Source: Nevskia sp.
Lineage (GTDB): Bacteria; Pseudomonadota; Gammaproteobacteria; Nevskiales; Nevskiaceae
DNA: 64,000 nucleotides
Assembly (NCBI GenBank): GCA_019689635.1
Contig: JADGHB010000009.1
Span: 2,053-66,052 of the forward strand
Reading direction: 5' to 3'
The notes beneath the pieces were generated by a model that searched no databases, was not told where the DNA came from, and was given only the letters and a program-made list of their open reading frames with translations. Of this stretch, positions 1 through 10,434 are shown in pieces. A program made the position numbers and the translations under genes. Position 1 is the stretch's first letter. Each line of letters opens with the position of its first letter.

Positions 1-1
1 G

Positions 2-145
2 CGCTATTTCCGCGTGCCGCCGCGCGAGATCGTGTTCCTGCATCGCCGTCTGGCCGGCGTGTTCATCATGCTCGCGACACTGGGCGCGGAGCTGAATGCC
101 CGTTCGCGTTTGCTGCGCAGCCTGGATCCGGCGACGGGGCGTTGA
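2..145 (+). CDS. C-terminal fragment of a probable ABC1/AarF/UbiB-family kinase (runs off the window start)
   Basis: Open frame from position 2, RYFRVPPREIVFLHRRLAGVFIMLATLGAELNAR..., stop TGA at 143-145. It resembles the C-terminus of ABC1-kinase family proteins (recognised from memory). Confidence 0.5.
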   Translation, partial: RYFRVPPREIVFLHRRLAGVFIMLATLGAELNARSRLLRSLDPATGR

Positions 146-246
146 GGCTCCCTTGGCGCGGTTGCGGTTTTTTCGGTAGCATCGGCGAACCATCGCTGAC
201 CGGCGACCGCCGGCAGCCGCCATAACCCTGCGAGGAGAGCATCCGC

Positions 247-1602
247 ATGAAAAAAGCATTCTGGTTCCTTTGCGCTGCGGTTCTGGGCTTGTCCGCCCAG
301 CAGGCGGCGGCCAAGGTGTCGCCGGAGGAGGCGTCTCATCTGGGCAAGGATCTGACGCCGATCGGAGCCGAGAAGGCAGGCAGCAAGGACGGCGTCATTC
401 CCGCATGGACCGGCGGCATTCCCAGGCACGGCGCCTTGTCGGGCGAGTATCCCAACCAGCCGACAATCGACGGCGACAAGCCGCTGTTCACCATCACCCA
501 CGACAACTATCAGAAGTATGCCAACGAGCTCACCGCCGGCCACAAGGAACTGCTGCGGCGCTTCGCCGACTACAAGATGGTCGTCTATCCGACGCGCCGC
601 ACGGTGTCGTTCCCGGACTTCATCTACAAGGCGACTTTCGCCAATGCCGCCACCTGCACCCTGGAGGGCACCGATGTCCTGGACAATTGCAAGCTCGGCT
701 TTCCCTTTCCGATTCCGAAGACCGGCGCCGAGATCATCTGGAACCACAAGCTGAAATGGCGCGGCAACGCAGTGCAGCGCTACAACAACCAGTTCATCGT
801 GCAGCCGTCGGGTGATTATCAACACACCAAGATCCTGGAGCAGGTCAAGTTCTACTACGCCAACACCGAACATCCCGTGGAAATGAAGGCGGGCCAGGGC
901 GAGTATCTGCGCTACCTGTCGCAGACGTTGTCGCCGCCGCGACTGGCCGGCACCTTCATCCTGGTGCATGACAAGATTGGCACCGGCGACGCCGGGCGTC
1001 AGGCTTGGCTTTACAGCCCCGGCCTGAAGCGCATTCGCCGCGCGCCGACGGTGCAGTACGACAATCCCTACGAGGGCACCGACGGCAACCAGTTCTACGA
1101 TCAGGTGGACATATTCAACGGCGCGCTCGACCGTTACACCTGGAAGATCGTCGGCAAGAAGGAGATGTACCTGCCGTACAACTCCGACAAGATTGCCGGC
1201 AACACGATCCAATACAAAGATCTCATTCGCCCGCATCACTTGAACCAGGATCTGCCGCGCTACGAGCTGCACCGCTACTGGATCGTGGAGGCCGACCTCA
1301 AGCCCGGCATGAGCCACACCTTCAAGCGGCGCGTGTTCTACGTGGACGAGGACTCCTGGAACATCGAGGCGGTCGATTGTTACGACAATAAAGACCAGCT
1401 CTACAAGTTCCAGGAAGGTCACCTGATCACCGCCTCCAACATCCAGGCGGCGACCACGGTGCCGGAGGTGATCTACGACTTCTTCTCCGGCCGCTACTTC
1501 ATCACCGCGGCGTTCAACGAGGACAAGCCTTACGACCTCACCGTGAACTGGCCGGACGACTACTTCACCGCGGCCCAGGTGCAGAAGCGCACCACCCGCT
1601 AA
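247..1602 (+). CDS. DUF1329 domain-containing secreted protein (outer-membrane lipoprotein-sorting-like)
   Basis: 451 aa ORF with a signal peptide, the family motifs LTPIGAEKAG..IPAWTGG, YPTRR, AWLYSPGLKRIRRAP and YWIVEA, and a GAGGAG RBS. Confidence 0.9.
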   Translation: MKKAFWFLCAAVLGLSAQQAAAKVSPEEASHLGKDLTPIGAEKAGSKDGVIPAWTGGIPRHGALSGEYPNQPTIDGDKPLFTITHDNYQKYANELTAGHKELLRRFADYKMVVYPTRRTVSFPDFIYKATFANAATCTLEGTDVLDNCKLGFPFPIPKTGAEIIWNHKLKWRGNAVQRYNNQFIVQPSGDYQHTKILEQVKFYYANTEHPVEMKAGQGEYLRYLSQTLSPPRLAGTFILVHDKIGTGDAGRQAWLYSPGLKRIRRAPTVQYDNPYEGTDGNQFYDQVDIFNGALDRYTWKIVGKKEMYLPYNSDKIAGNTIQYKDLIRPHHLNQDLPRYELHRYWIVEADLKPGMSHTFKRRVFYVDEDSWNIEAVDCYDNKDQLYKFQEGHLITASNIQAATTVPEVIYDFFSGRYFITAAFNEDKPYDLTVNWPDDYFTAAQVQKRTTR

Positions 1603-1621
1603 GCGGCATGGGTTAAACTCG

Positions 1622-1658
1622 GCGGCCGCCGGAGCGATCCGGCGGCCGCTTTCTTTCT
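1622..1658 (+). terminator. Rho-independent terminator
   Basis: 12-bp stem GCGGCCGCCGGA/TCCGGCGGCCGC, GCGA tetraloop, followed by TTTCTTTCT. Confidence 0.85.
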
Positions 1659-1670
1659 GCGAGCGCGAGC

Positions 1671-1904
1671 GTGGACGAATCGAAAAACCCTCTTCCCGAC
1701 GATGATCGGCCGGTGAGCTGGTGGCAAACGATCGGCAGCGTGCTGTCCGCGTTCATGGGCGTGCAGAGCAGCAAGAACCGCGCGCGCGACTTTCAGCGCG
1801 GCAGCCCGATCCGCTTCATCGTCGTGGGCGTGGTGATGACGGCGCTATTCGTGCTGACGGTGTGGCTGGCGGTGAGATTCGCCCTGCACGCGGCTGGTGC
1901 GTAA
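1671..1904 (+). CDS. DUF2970 domain-containing small membrane protein
   Basis: Motif SVLSAFMGVQSSKNRARDF followed by a hydrophobic helix, typical of DUF2970. Confidence 0.85.
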   Translation: MDESKNPLPDDDRPVSWWQTIGSVLSAFMGVQSSKNRARDFQRGSPIRFIVVGVVMTALFVLTVWLAVRFALHAAGA

Positions 1905-1940
1905 GGCGTGACCGCGTGTCGCACGACGGCGGTCGCGCGC

Positions 1941-1972
1941 AAGAAAAAGGCGGCGGGTGTGCCCCCGCCGCC
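1941..1972 (-). terminator. Rho-independent terminator for the minus-strand transcript
   Basis: 9-bp stem GGCGGCGGG/CCCGCCGCC (1949-1957/1964-1972), then TTTTTCTT on the minus strand. Confidence 0.8.
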
Positions 1973-2057
1973 GAAGCCCCCAGTGTCCAACTCCCCTTGT
2001 ATCCCTTGTAACGAACCTGCCTGAAGAGACTCTATGGGCTGGTCAAACTCGCGCGGG

Positions 2058-2561
2058 TCAGTCTTGGTCTTTGCTGCAAGCCCCCAGCCACTTGCCGCTG
2101 ATCTGTCCTTCCATCACGTAATCGCCGCCGAGGCTAGGACTGCTGCCCTCGCTGTGTATCTTGCCGGCGTAGGCGCTATCGCCATTCATCACCACGTCGA
2201 TGGTGGTATGCGAGGTACCGCCTTTGTCCTTGCACAAGAATTCGCCGTGGAAGGTATTGCCCGACCAGTCCGATTTCTGCATCTGGCAGTTCTTGTCTTT
2301 GTCGAATTGCGGATGATCGTACTTGGCCGCCTGCTCGGGCGTCACGCAGTGCTTGTAAGTGTGCGGCGCGCTCCAGTCCGGTATTTTCATGCCGTGTTTT
2401 TGCATCTCGGCCAGCGCTTCCGGCGGGATCTGCGGCCCGCCCTTGGTGAAATTCATCTGGCTGGTGTCCTCCCACAAGCCGGGCTTGACATGAGTCCCCG
2501 CCGAGACGGCGAGGGGCAGGGTCACGGCGGAAACGGCGAACAATCCCATGAGTTTGCGCAT
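2058..2561 (-). CDS. DUF3617 domain-containing secreted protein
   Basis: Signal peptide, KPGLWE motif, conserved cysteines and a C-terminal GKWLGAC. Confidence 0.85.
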   Translation of the reverse strand: MRKLMGLFAVSAVTLPLAVSAGTHVKPGLWEDTSQMNFTKGGPQIPPEALAEMQKHGMKIPDWSAPHTYKHCVTPEQAAKYDHPQFDKDKNCQMQKSDWSGNTFHGEFLCKDKGGTSHTTIDVVMNGDSAYAGKIHSEGSSPSLGGDYVMEGQISGKWLGACSKDQD

Positions 2562-2655
2562 CGAAGACTCCCCGGTCGGTGTAAGCGCTGCCTAAGGATA
2601 CGGCAAGCGCGAGACAAAAGCGCCAACCGGGTCGCAGTCCGCACGCAAGCCCAAG

Positions 2656-5277
2656 TCACCGTTCGGTTTCGCGCAGTCGCTTGAGTTGGTAAATCATCTC
2701 CAACGCCTGGCGCGGGGTGAGTTCGTCCGGATCGACTTGATCCAGCACCCGCAAAGCCGGCGAGTCCAGAGGCGGGGTGAATAGCGGCAGCTCCGGTTGC
2801 GCGGGGTCGGGCCGCGTCGAGCGACCGCGCTCCAGTTCGGCGAGGACGGCGCGCGCACGGGCGATGACCGGCGCGGGCACGCCGGCGAGGCTGGCGACGT
2901 GCAGGCCGTAGCTGCGGTTGGCGGCGCCTTCCTGGACGCGATGCAGGAAGACGAGCCGCTCGCCGCGTTCGTCGCGGTATTCGGCGGCGTCGAGATGCAG
3001 ATTGGCCACGCCCTCCATTTCCTGCGCGAGCGCGGTCAGCTCGAAGTAGTGGGTGGCGAACAGCGTCAGCGCGCGGGTTTGCGTCGCCAGGTGTTCCACG
3101 ACGGCGCGCGCCAGCGCCAGGCCGTCGTAGGTCGAGGTGCCGCGACCGATCTCGTCGAGCAGCACCAGGCTGCGCGCGCTCGCGTTGTGCAGGATGTTGG
3201 CGGTCTCGCTCATCTCGACCATGAAGGTCGATTGCGCCCGGGCGAGATCGTCGGCGGCGCCGATGCGGGTGAAGATGCGGTCGAGCGCGCCGATGCGCGC
3301 TTCCTCGGCTGGCACGAAGCTGCCGGCCCAGGCCATGAGCGCGATCAACGCGGTCTGGCGCATGTAGGTGCTCTTGCCGCCCATGTTGGGCCCGGTGATC
3401 ACCAGCAGGCGGCGTTCGGGATTCAGCTCCAGGTCGTTGGGTACGAAGGGCTCGGAGCGGGTCTGCTCCACCACCGGATGACGGCCGCCGCGGATCGACA
3501 GGCCCGGCGTTGGGGCCAGTTGCGGCCGGCAATAGCGGCAGGTTTCCGCGCGCTCGGCGAAACAGGCCAGCACGTCCAGTTCGGCGATCGCCGAGGCCGT
3601 TTCCTGGAGCGGCGCGAGCTGTCCGATCAGCCGTTCGAGCAGGGCGTCGTAAAGCTGCTTTTCGCGCCAAGCGGCGCGTTCGCGCGCCGACAGCACCTGA
3701 TCCTCGAAGCGCTTGAGTTCCTCGGTGATGTAGCGCTCGGCGTGGGTCAGCGTCTGCCGGCGCGTGTAGTCCGCTGGAATCCTGGCGGCATGGGCTTTAC
3801 CCGCTTCGAGGTAATAGCCGTGCACGCGGTTGTAACCGACTTTGAGCGTGTCGATGCCGGTCCGGGCGCGTTCGCGCGCTTCCAGCTCGGCGAGAAAATC
3901 GTCGGCATGATTCGTCAGCCGGCGCAGCGCGTCGAGTTCGGGATCGAAGCCGTCGCGGAACACGCCGCCGTCCTTGAGCGCGAGCGGCGGCTCGTCGGCC
4001 AGCGCCTGACGCAGGTGGCCGGCGAGTTCACGGTGATCGCCGAGCCGCGCGCGCAATTCCAGCAACAGCGGCGCCGCCGTCTCCGCGAGCGCCGCCTGCA
4101 CGATGGGCAAAGCGGCAAGACTGTGGGCCAGCCCCGCGAGGTCGCGCGGCCGCGCCGAGCGCAGCGCCACGCGCGCCAGGATGCGTTCGATGTCCGCGAC
4201 ACCGCGCAGCGCTTCGCCCAGCGCCCGCCAGGCACCGCGGTCGATCAATTCGGCGACCGCATCGTGGCGGCGGCTCACGATGGCTGCGTCGCGTAGCGGC
4301 CGCGCCAGCCAGCGGCGGAGCTGGCGGCTGCCCATCGCGGTCGCGCAGCGATCGAGGACTGCGGCCAGCGAGTGCTCGGCGGCGCCGGACAGCGAGCGCT
4401 CGATTTCCAGATTGCGCCGCGTGGCCGGGTCCAGCAACAGCGCCTCGGACGTCGATTCCACGCGGATGCCGAACAGATGCGCCAGCGAAGTTTTCTGCGT
4501 CTCCTGCACGTACTGCAGCAGCGCGCCGGCCGCGCCCAGCGCGGCGGACAGCGCCTCGGCGCCGTAGCCGCGCAGATCGGCCACGCCGAACTGTTCGCAC
4601 AGCCGGTGTCGCGCCGATGCCGGATCGAACTGCCAGCGCGGCCGCGCCGGGCCGGGGAACGCACCGGGCGGCTCATAGTCTTCCGGTCGCAGCAGCTCGC
4701 TCGGCTGAAGCCGGTGCAGCTCGGCTTCCCAGTCGGCGCGCGATGCGGTTTCCAGCACCGCGAAGCGGCCCGAGGACAGTTCCAGCCACGCCAGGCCATA
4801 ACGGATGGCGTGCGCCTCGCCCAGCGTGCAGGTGGCGGCCAGCAGGTTCTGGCGGCGTGGATCGAGCAGGGCTTCGTCGGTGGCGGTGCCTGGCGTCACC
4901 ACGCGCACCACTTCGCGGCGCACCGGTCCCTTGTCGATGCCGACTTCGCCGATCTGCTCGGCGATCACCGCCGACTCGCCCGCCGCCAGCAGGCGCGCGA
5001 GGTATTGCTCCAGCGCATGATGCGGCACGCCCGCCATCGGGATCGGCGCGCCGGCGGATTCGCCGCGCCGGGTCAAGGTGATGTTGAGCAGCCGGGCAGC
5101 CTTGCGCGCGTCCTCGTAGAACAACTCGTAGAAATCGCCCATGCGGAACAGCACGAGCTGATCGGGGTATTGCGCCTTGATCGCCAGGTACTGCTGCATC
5201 AGCGGCGTGTGCGCGGAGAAATCCGCGCCTGCCGGCGGCGAGGGAGGACTGGCGGGGGGAATGCCGGCTGCGTGCAT
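2656..5277 (-). CDS. mutS: DNA mismatch repair protein MutS
   Basis: [19 protein letters not shown]-terminus, Walker [10 protein letters not shown], and [12 protein letters not shown]. The exact start codon is uncertain. Confidence 0.98.
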   Translation of the reverse strand: MHAAGIPPASPPSPPAGADFSAHTPLMQQYLAIKAQYPDQLVLFRMGDFYELFYEDARKAARLLNITLTRRGESAGAPIPMAGVPHHALEQYLARLLAAGESAVIAEQIGEVGIDKGPVRREVVRVVTPGTATDEALLDPRRQNLLAATCTLGEAHAIRYGLAWLELSSGRFAVLETASRADWEAELHRLQPSELLRPEDYEPPGAFPGPARPRWQFDPASARHRLCEQFGVADLRGYGAEALSAALGAAGALLQYVQETQKTSLAHLFGIRVESTSEALLLDPATRRNLEIERSLSGAAEHSLAAVLDRCATAMGSRQLRRWLARPLRDAAIVSRRHDAVAELIDRGAWRALGEALRGVADIERILARVALRSARPRDLAGLAHSLAALPIVQAALAETAAPLLLELRARLGDHRELAGHLRQALADEPPLALKDGGVFRDGFDPELDALRRLTNHADDFLAELEARERARTGIDTLKVGYNRVHGYYLEAGKAHAARIPADYTRRQTLTHAERYITEELKRFEDQVLSARERAAWREKQLYDALLERLIGQLAPLQETASAIAELDVLACFAERAETCRYCRPQLAPTPGLSIRGGRHPVVEQTRSEPFVPNDLELNPERRLLVITGPNMGGKSTYMRQTALIALMAWAGSFVPAEEARIGALDRIFTRIGAADDLARAQSTFMVEMSETANILHNASARSLVLLDEIGRGTSTYDGLALARAVVEHLATQTRALTLFATHYFELTALAQEMEGVANLHLDAAEYRDERGERLVFLHRVQEGAANRSYGLHVASLAGVPAPVIARARAVLAELERGRSTRPDPAQPELPLFTPPLDSPALRVLDQVDPDELTPRQALEMIYQLKRLRETER

Positions 5278-5335
5278 CGGAGTTTGGTGCGCCGAGCTTA
5301 TACTGAGCGCCTATTATCGCCGGTCGAGCATTTTC

Positions 5336-6679
5336 GTGAGCGCAGATTCCTCCGCGGACTGGACGCCCGAAAGCTGGCGCGCCAAGCCGGCCCTGCAGCA
5401 GCCCGAGTATCCGGATGCCGCGGCGCTCGCGGCCGCGCTGGACGAGCTGCGTCGCTTGCCGCCGCTGGTGACTTCCTGGGAGGTCAACGCGCTCAAGCGC
5501 GAGCTGGCCGAGGCGCAGGAAGGCCGTCGCTTCGTGCTCCAGGGCGGCGACTGCGCCGAGAGCTTCGCCGACTGCGAGCCGGACCATATCGCCGGACGGC
5601 TCAAAATCCTGCTGCAGATGAGCCTGGTGCTGGTGCACGGTCTCAAGCGGCGGGTGGTGCGCATCGGCCGCTTCGCCGGCCAGTACGCCAAGCCGCGCTC
5701 CTCCGACACCGAAACTCGCGCGGGCGTGACCTTGCCGAGCTATCGCGGCGATCTGGTCAACGCGCCGGAATTCACGCCGGCGGCGCGCGCGCCGGACCCG
5801 TGGCGCTTGCTGGAGGGGCACAAGCGCTCGGCGCTGACGCTCAACTTCGTACGCGGCTTGATCGACGGCGGCTTCGCCGACTTGCACCATCCCGAGTACT
5901 GGAATCTCGCCTGGGTGCAGCACTCCCCGCAGGCCGCGGAATACCAGCGGCGCGTCGCGGCCATCGGCGAGTCGCTGCGCTTCTTCGAGACGCTAGCCGG
6001 GCAGACCCTGGCGGACTTGACGCGCGTGGAGTTCTACACCGGGCACGAGGCGCTGCTGTTGTGCGCGGAGGCGGCGCAGACGCGCCAGGTGCCGCGTCAG
6101 TCCGGCTGGTGGAATCTTGCGACCCATTTCCCCTGGATCGGCATGCGCACCGCGCAACTCGAAGGCGCGCACGTGGAATACATGCGCGGCATCCGCAACC
6201 CGATCGGCATCAAGATCGGCCCGCAGATGACGCCGGACTGGTTGCTCGCGCTGTGCGAGGTCCTCAATCCGGACGACGAACCCGGCCGGCTGTGCTTGAT
6301 CCATCGCATGGGCGCGGCGCAGGTCGAGAGCCATCTGCCGCCCTTGCTCGAAGCGGTGCGCCGGGCCGGACGTCGCGTGCTGTGGGTGTGCGATCCCATG
6401 CACGGCAACACCCGCACCGTCGGCAACGGCTACAAGACACGCGCCTTTTCCGACATCTCGCGCGAGCTGGAGGCGTCCTTTGCCGTCCACGCCGCTTGCG
6501 GCACGCGACTCGGCGGCGTGCACCTGGAGCTGACCGCGGAGGATGTCACCGAATGCCTGGGCGGCGCGCGCGACCTCGGCGAGCAGGACCTGGCGCGCGC
6601 TTACCGCTCCACGGTCGATCCGCGCTTGAACTACGAGCAAGCCCTCGAACTGGCGTTGAAGATCGCCGCGATGGGATGA
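5336..6679 (+). CDS. Class II 3-deoxy-7-phosphoheptulonate (DAHP) synthase
   Basis: LQGGDCAESF, GRFAGQYAKPRS, YRGDLVN, HFPWIGMRT and DPMHGNT motifs. GTG start at 5336 chosen within the 5177 ORF. Confidence 0.95.
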   Translation: MSADSSADWTPESWRAKPALQQPEYPDAAALAAALDELRRLPPLVTSWEVNALKRELAEAQEGRRFVLQGGDCAESFADCEPDHIAGRLKILLQMSLVLVHGLKRRVVRIGRFAGQYAKPRSSDTETRAGVTLPSYRGDLVNAPEFTPAARAPDPWRLLEGHKRSALTLNFVRGLIDGGFADLHHPEYWNLAWVQHSPQAAEYQRRVAAIGESLRFFETLAGQTLADLTRVEFYTGHEALLLCAEAAQTRQVPRQSGWWNLATHFPWIGMRTAQLEGAHVEYMRGIRNPIGIKIGPQMTPDWLLALCEVLNPDDEPGRLCLIHRMGAAQVESHLPPLLEAVRRAGRRVLWVCDPMHGNTRTVGNGYKTRAFSDISRELEASFAVHAACGTRLGGVHLELTAEDVTECLGGARDLGEQDLARAYRSTVDPRLNYEQALELALKIAAMG

Positions 6680-6907
6680 GCGGGATGGCCGGCGCGCCTT
6701 GCCGAGCGCGCTGGCCCATGCTCCGCGCAGTCCCGCCATTCGTCCGCCATGAACTGCCGTTCACGGATGGTGTGGATCCTGGATATGTCGTCAGCTCTGC
6801 TGCCGGCTGCCGTTGGTCGGCGCGCACGGCTCCAGCCCATGGGATCGAATAGTTTTTCGGCCACGGGGCTTGAGCCCCAGAACCGGAAAAACTTCAGGAG
6901 TCCCTGC

Positions 6908-7405
6908 ATGCGTTCGATCCCGAAATCGATTTCCGCCGCCGGCCTTGCCGCCTGTCTGACGATGCCGGGGCTGGCTTTCGCCACGACTGCGACCGGAAGC
7001 CTCACGGTGACCGCCACCGTGACCACGGCCTGCAGCATCGTCGCGCTGCCGCTCGCGTTCGGCAATTACGACCCCACTTCGAGCACCGATCTCAACGGTT
7101 CGACCACCGCGACGTTGACGTGTACGCCCGGGACCGCGTACAAGATCGGCATGGACGCCGGTGCGGGCAGCGGGGCGACGGTCACGCTGCGCAAGATGAC
7201 CAGCGGCAGCAACACGCTCAATTACAAACTCTTCCGGGATTCTGCGCGGACCCTGAATTGGGGCAATACCCCCGGGACCGATACCCTGGATGGCACTGCC
7301 ACACTATTGACGACGCTCATCAACATTTACGGCACCATTCCGAACAGCCAGGCCGTCAGCGCGGGTGCCTATACGGACACCGTGACGGTCACCGTGACCT
7401 ATTGA
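6908..7405 (+). CDS. Spore-coat-U (SCPU)/CsuA/B-type major pilin
   Basis: Signal peptide, TATGSLTVTATVTTAC..LAFGNY, cysteine pair, C-terminal AGAYTDTVTVTVTY. AGGAG RBS before ATG 6908. Confidence 0.9.
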   Translation: MRSIPKSISAAGLAACLTMPGLAFATTATGSLTVTATVTTACSIVALPLAFGNYDPTSSTDLNGSTTATLTCTPGTAYKIGMDAGAGSGATVTLRKMTSGSNTLNYKLFRDSARTLNWGNTPGTDTLDGTATLLTTLINIYGTIPNSQAVSAGAYTDTVTVTVTY

Positions 7406-7421
7406 GGCCTGTGCCGGATTC

Positions 7422-8144
7422 ATGAACCTCGTTCGCACCTTCTTTTGCGGAGCCGCGCTGCTGGTGTGTGGCGCCGCGCCGGCCGGCGGGTTCAGCGTGG
7501 ACCCGGTTCACCTCGAATTGCAGGCCGGTGCGGCCACCACCTCGCTCAAGGTGACCAACAACGCGGATCAAGCCGAGCTGTTGCAGGTCACGGTCTTGCG
7601 CTGGGCGCGGCAAGACGGTTCGGACGTCTATCAGACGGAGCCGGGCGCCGTGGTGACGCCCCCGATGTTCCGCCTGGCGCCGCGGGGCGGCAGTCAGGTG
7701 GTGCGCATCGGGTTCAACCACCCGCCGGGGGATGGCATCGGCCGCGCCTGGCGCGTGATGGTGGAGGAGGTGCCGGAAAACTCGCCCGTTGCGCCGGTCT
7801 CGACCGTCAATCTGCGCCTGCGGATGAGTTTGCCGCTCGTTTTGCAGCCTTCCCGGCCAAAACACGCGCTGCACTGGGCCTTATGGCGAGGGGAGCGTTC
7901 TCTGCGACTGAGTGCCGACAACCAGGGTAATGTCGTCGAGCGTATCGACGAGCTGCCGCTGTCGGCCATCGCCGGCCAGCCGACCTACTGCGCGCAGGCC
8001 GGGCCGATTTACCTTTTCCCCGGGGAAACTCAAGAATTGACCTTGCCCGTCCACACCGATCACCCACCGTCCAGCGCGGTGAAACTGCTCGTCCAAGGCA
8101 CGCCGCCCGCGTCCGCCGCCGAGCTGGTGTTGCGTGCGCAATGA
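7422..8144 (+). CDS. Fimbrial chaperone (CsuC/PapD-like)
   Basis: FSVDPVHLEL, VTPPMFRLAP..SQVVRIG, WRVMVEEVP and LRLRMSLP motifs; operon position. Confidence 0.9.
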   Translation: MNLVRTFFCGAALLVCGAAPAGGFSVDPVHLELQAGAATTSLKVTNNADQAELLQVTVLRWARQDGSDVYQTEPGAVVTPPMFRLAPRGGSQVVRIGFNHPPGDGIGRAWRVMVEEVPENSPVAPVSTVNLRLRMSLPLVLQPSRPKHALHWALWRGERSLRLSADNQGNVVERIDELPLSAIAGQPTYCAQAGPIYLFPGETQELTLPVHTDHPPSSAVKLLVQGTPPASAAELVLRAQ

Positions 8145-10434
8145 GCGTTGGCTTTTTCTTGTCCTGCTCCTGATCTCCGCCTCCTCCTTCGGTCAGGAAG
8201 CCGGTGCCTGGTTTCCGGCCTCGCCTTGCTCCGCCGAAGCGCCGGCGGTGATCGCGCCCTTGGGCGGTCGCGCCGTGCTGTCCGTGCATTTCCAACCCGA
8301 CCAACCGCCACGCGAGGTCATGTTGTGGCGCGGCCTCGACGGCGTCTGGCGCGTGCCCCTTGCGGAATGGCAGCGCTGGACACGGCGCGCGCCGCCGCGC
8401 GTGGAAACGGGGCGCGATGGCAGCCGCTGGGTCCCGCTGGAACCCGGGCCCGAACTGGGGCTGCGTCTGGACGTGTGCACCTCCGAGCTGTGGGTGGATC
8501 CGGAGCCGCGCCGGCAGCAATCGATCGAGCTGACGCATCCTTATGCGCCGCCGCCGCTGAGCCGCGCCGGGTACGGGGGGTTCCTCAACCTCGACGCCGA
8601 ATATGGCGGGTACGGCGGCAGCGCTGATTACTCCAGCCTGTTCGATTTGGGAGCCTTCGTTCCCGGTGGCAGCGGTCGCAGCGGCTGGCTCATCGGTCGC
8701 CACGGCACGCGGCGGCTGGACAGTGCCTGGCTCGTGGACGAGCCGGGCGCAGCGCAACGGCTGCGGTTGGGCGATGCGATCACGCATGGCGCCGACTGGG
8801 AGTCCGCGGTGCGCTTTGGCGGTGTGCAGTGGGGGACGGATTTCAGCCTTCAGCCGGATCGCGTCACCTTCCCGCTGCCGACCCTGTCCGGGGCCGCAGC
8901 GTTGCCCAGCACCGCGCAACTCTATCTCAACGGCCAGCGACTGGCGCAGCAGTCGTTGCAGCCGGGGCAATTCCAGTTCGTCGGAGTGCCGGTCATCACC
9001 GGTGCCGGCGAGTTGAGCCTGACCGTGCGCGATTCCTTGGGGCGGCTGCAGACCGTGACTCAGCCGTTCTACGCCTCGCCGAGGCTTTTGGCGCCCGGCC
9101 TCGATGCTTACAGCCTCGAAGCGGGGTTCCTGCGCGAAAACTATGCGAGTGCGGGTGATCGCTATACGCAGCCCTTGGCAGGCGCGGTTTTCCAGCACGG
9201 TTTCAGCGGTAACCTGACCGGACTCGCGCGCGCTGCGGCGGCACCGCAGCGCCAGTTGCTCGGCACGGAAGCCGACGTCTTGCTCGGAACCTTCGGCGTG
9301 GTGACGCTCGCCACCGGTGCCGCGCGTACCGAGGCGGGTTGGGGCGGCATGGCGCTGTTGGCCTTCGAGCGCATCGCCGAGCCCTTCAGCTTTGCCCTGC
9401 GCCGCCAGTTCGCCAGCCGCAACTACGGCGATCTCGGTCGTGGTCCGGGTCTGCTGCACTTCTCCGATACGCTGCGGCTGTCCTACGACACGGGCCGTGC
9501 CGGGAGCGGGAGCCTGCTCTATATCTCCGAGCAACCGTGGGGCAGCGACGGAGCGCGCCTGCTCGGCCTGGCGTACGACGTGCAAGCCTGGCCGGGCATC
9601 CAGGCTTACGCGAGCTGGCTGCATCCGCTCAACCGCCTGGGCGGTGACAGCCTGGTGCTCGGACTGGCCTTCGCGCTGGGTCCCGGCAACACCGCCAGTG
9701 CGCAGTGGACCGAGGATGATCGTGGCGCTGGACCCCGCGCCTCCTTCCAACACGCCCCGCCAGGCCCGCTCGGTTGGTCCTGGTCCGCGGCGACCGATCA
9801 ACGTCCCGGGGGAACGCGCCAGGCGCAGGTGCAATAGGCAACGGAGCGCGGCACCCTGTCCGGTGGCTGGGTCGGCTATGCCGGTCATGGCGCAGCCGCG
9901 GCGGGCGTCCAGACCGGACTCGCGCTGCTCGACGGCCAGACCTACTGGACGCGACCGGTGCAGAACAGTTTCGCGGTCGTCGATGCCGGCGCGCCCGGTG
10001 TTCCGGTGTTCCGCGAGAATCAGCCGGTGGGTGCCACCGGCGCGGATGGCCGTCTGCTGGTGCCGGACTTGATCGCTTATAGTCCCAACCGGCTGAGCAT
10101 CGATGACCGGACCCTGCCGATCCGCGACCGCGTCGACGAAACGACGGTCAGCGTGGTGCCTCCCGCTGGCGCTGGCGTTCCACTGCGCTTTGCGGTCGAG
10201 ACGATCCCGGAGCTCGAACTGCACTTGCTCGACGCGCGGGGCCGACCGGTGCCGGCGGGCGCACGCCTGGCGCTCGACGGGCAGCCGTTGCCTCTGCCCG
10301 TCGGCTACGATGGTCTGGTGTACGCGCACATCGGCGAAGGTTGGCACCGCCTCGACGCCCGCTGGGCGGACGGCGCCTGTACCGCGCGGCTGCGTGTGGC
10401 CGGCGCCACCACCACGCTCGGACGCTGCCAGTGA
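8134..10434 (+). pseudogene. Fimbrial outer-membrane usher (CsuD-like) interrupted by an in-frame TAG at 9835-9837
   Basis: ORFs 8134..9837 and 9958..10434 are in the same frame, separated only by CAA TAG GCA. Usher motifs occur on both sides (RLGDAI, RFGGVQWGTDFSLQPD, SFAVVDAG.PGVPVFRENQ.VG.T...GRLLVPDL.AY..NRLSID). Confidence 0.85.

Noticed and set aside
1793-1990. Minus-strand 65-aa ORF across the terminator
   Set aside because: It starts at TTG, spans a terminator, and overlaps DUF2970 antisense.
5336-6679. Class II DAHP synthase as a marker of a phenazine or secondary-metabolite cluster
   Set aside because: No biosynthetic neighbours; class II enzymes serve as housekeeping DAHP synthases in related gammaproteobacteria.
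6680-6907. c-di-GMP riboswitch upstream of the pilus operon
   Set aside because: The conserved GEMM features (GCAAAC...GAAA tetraloop...GACGCAAAGC) were not found.
9835-9837. Pyrrolysine or genetic-code reassignment of TAG in the usher
   Set aside because: TAG terminates pbpC, infB and pnp normally, and no pyl genes are present in the window.
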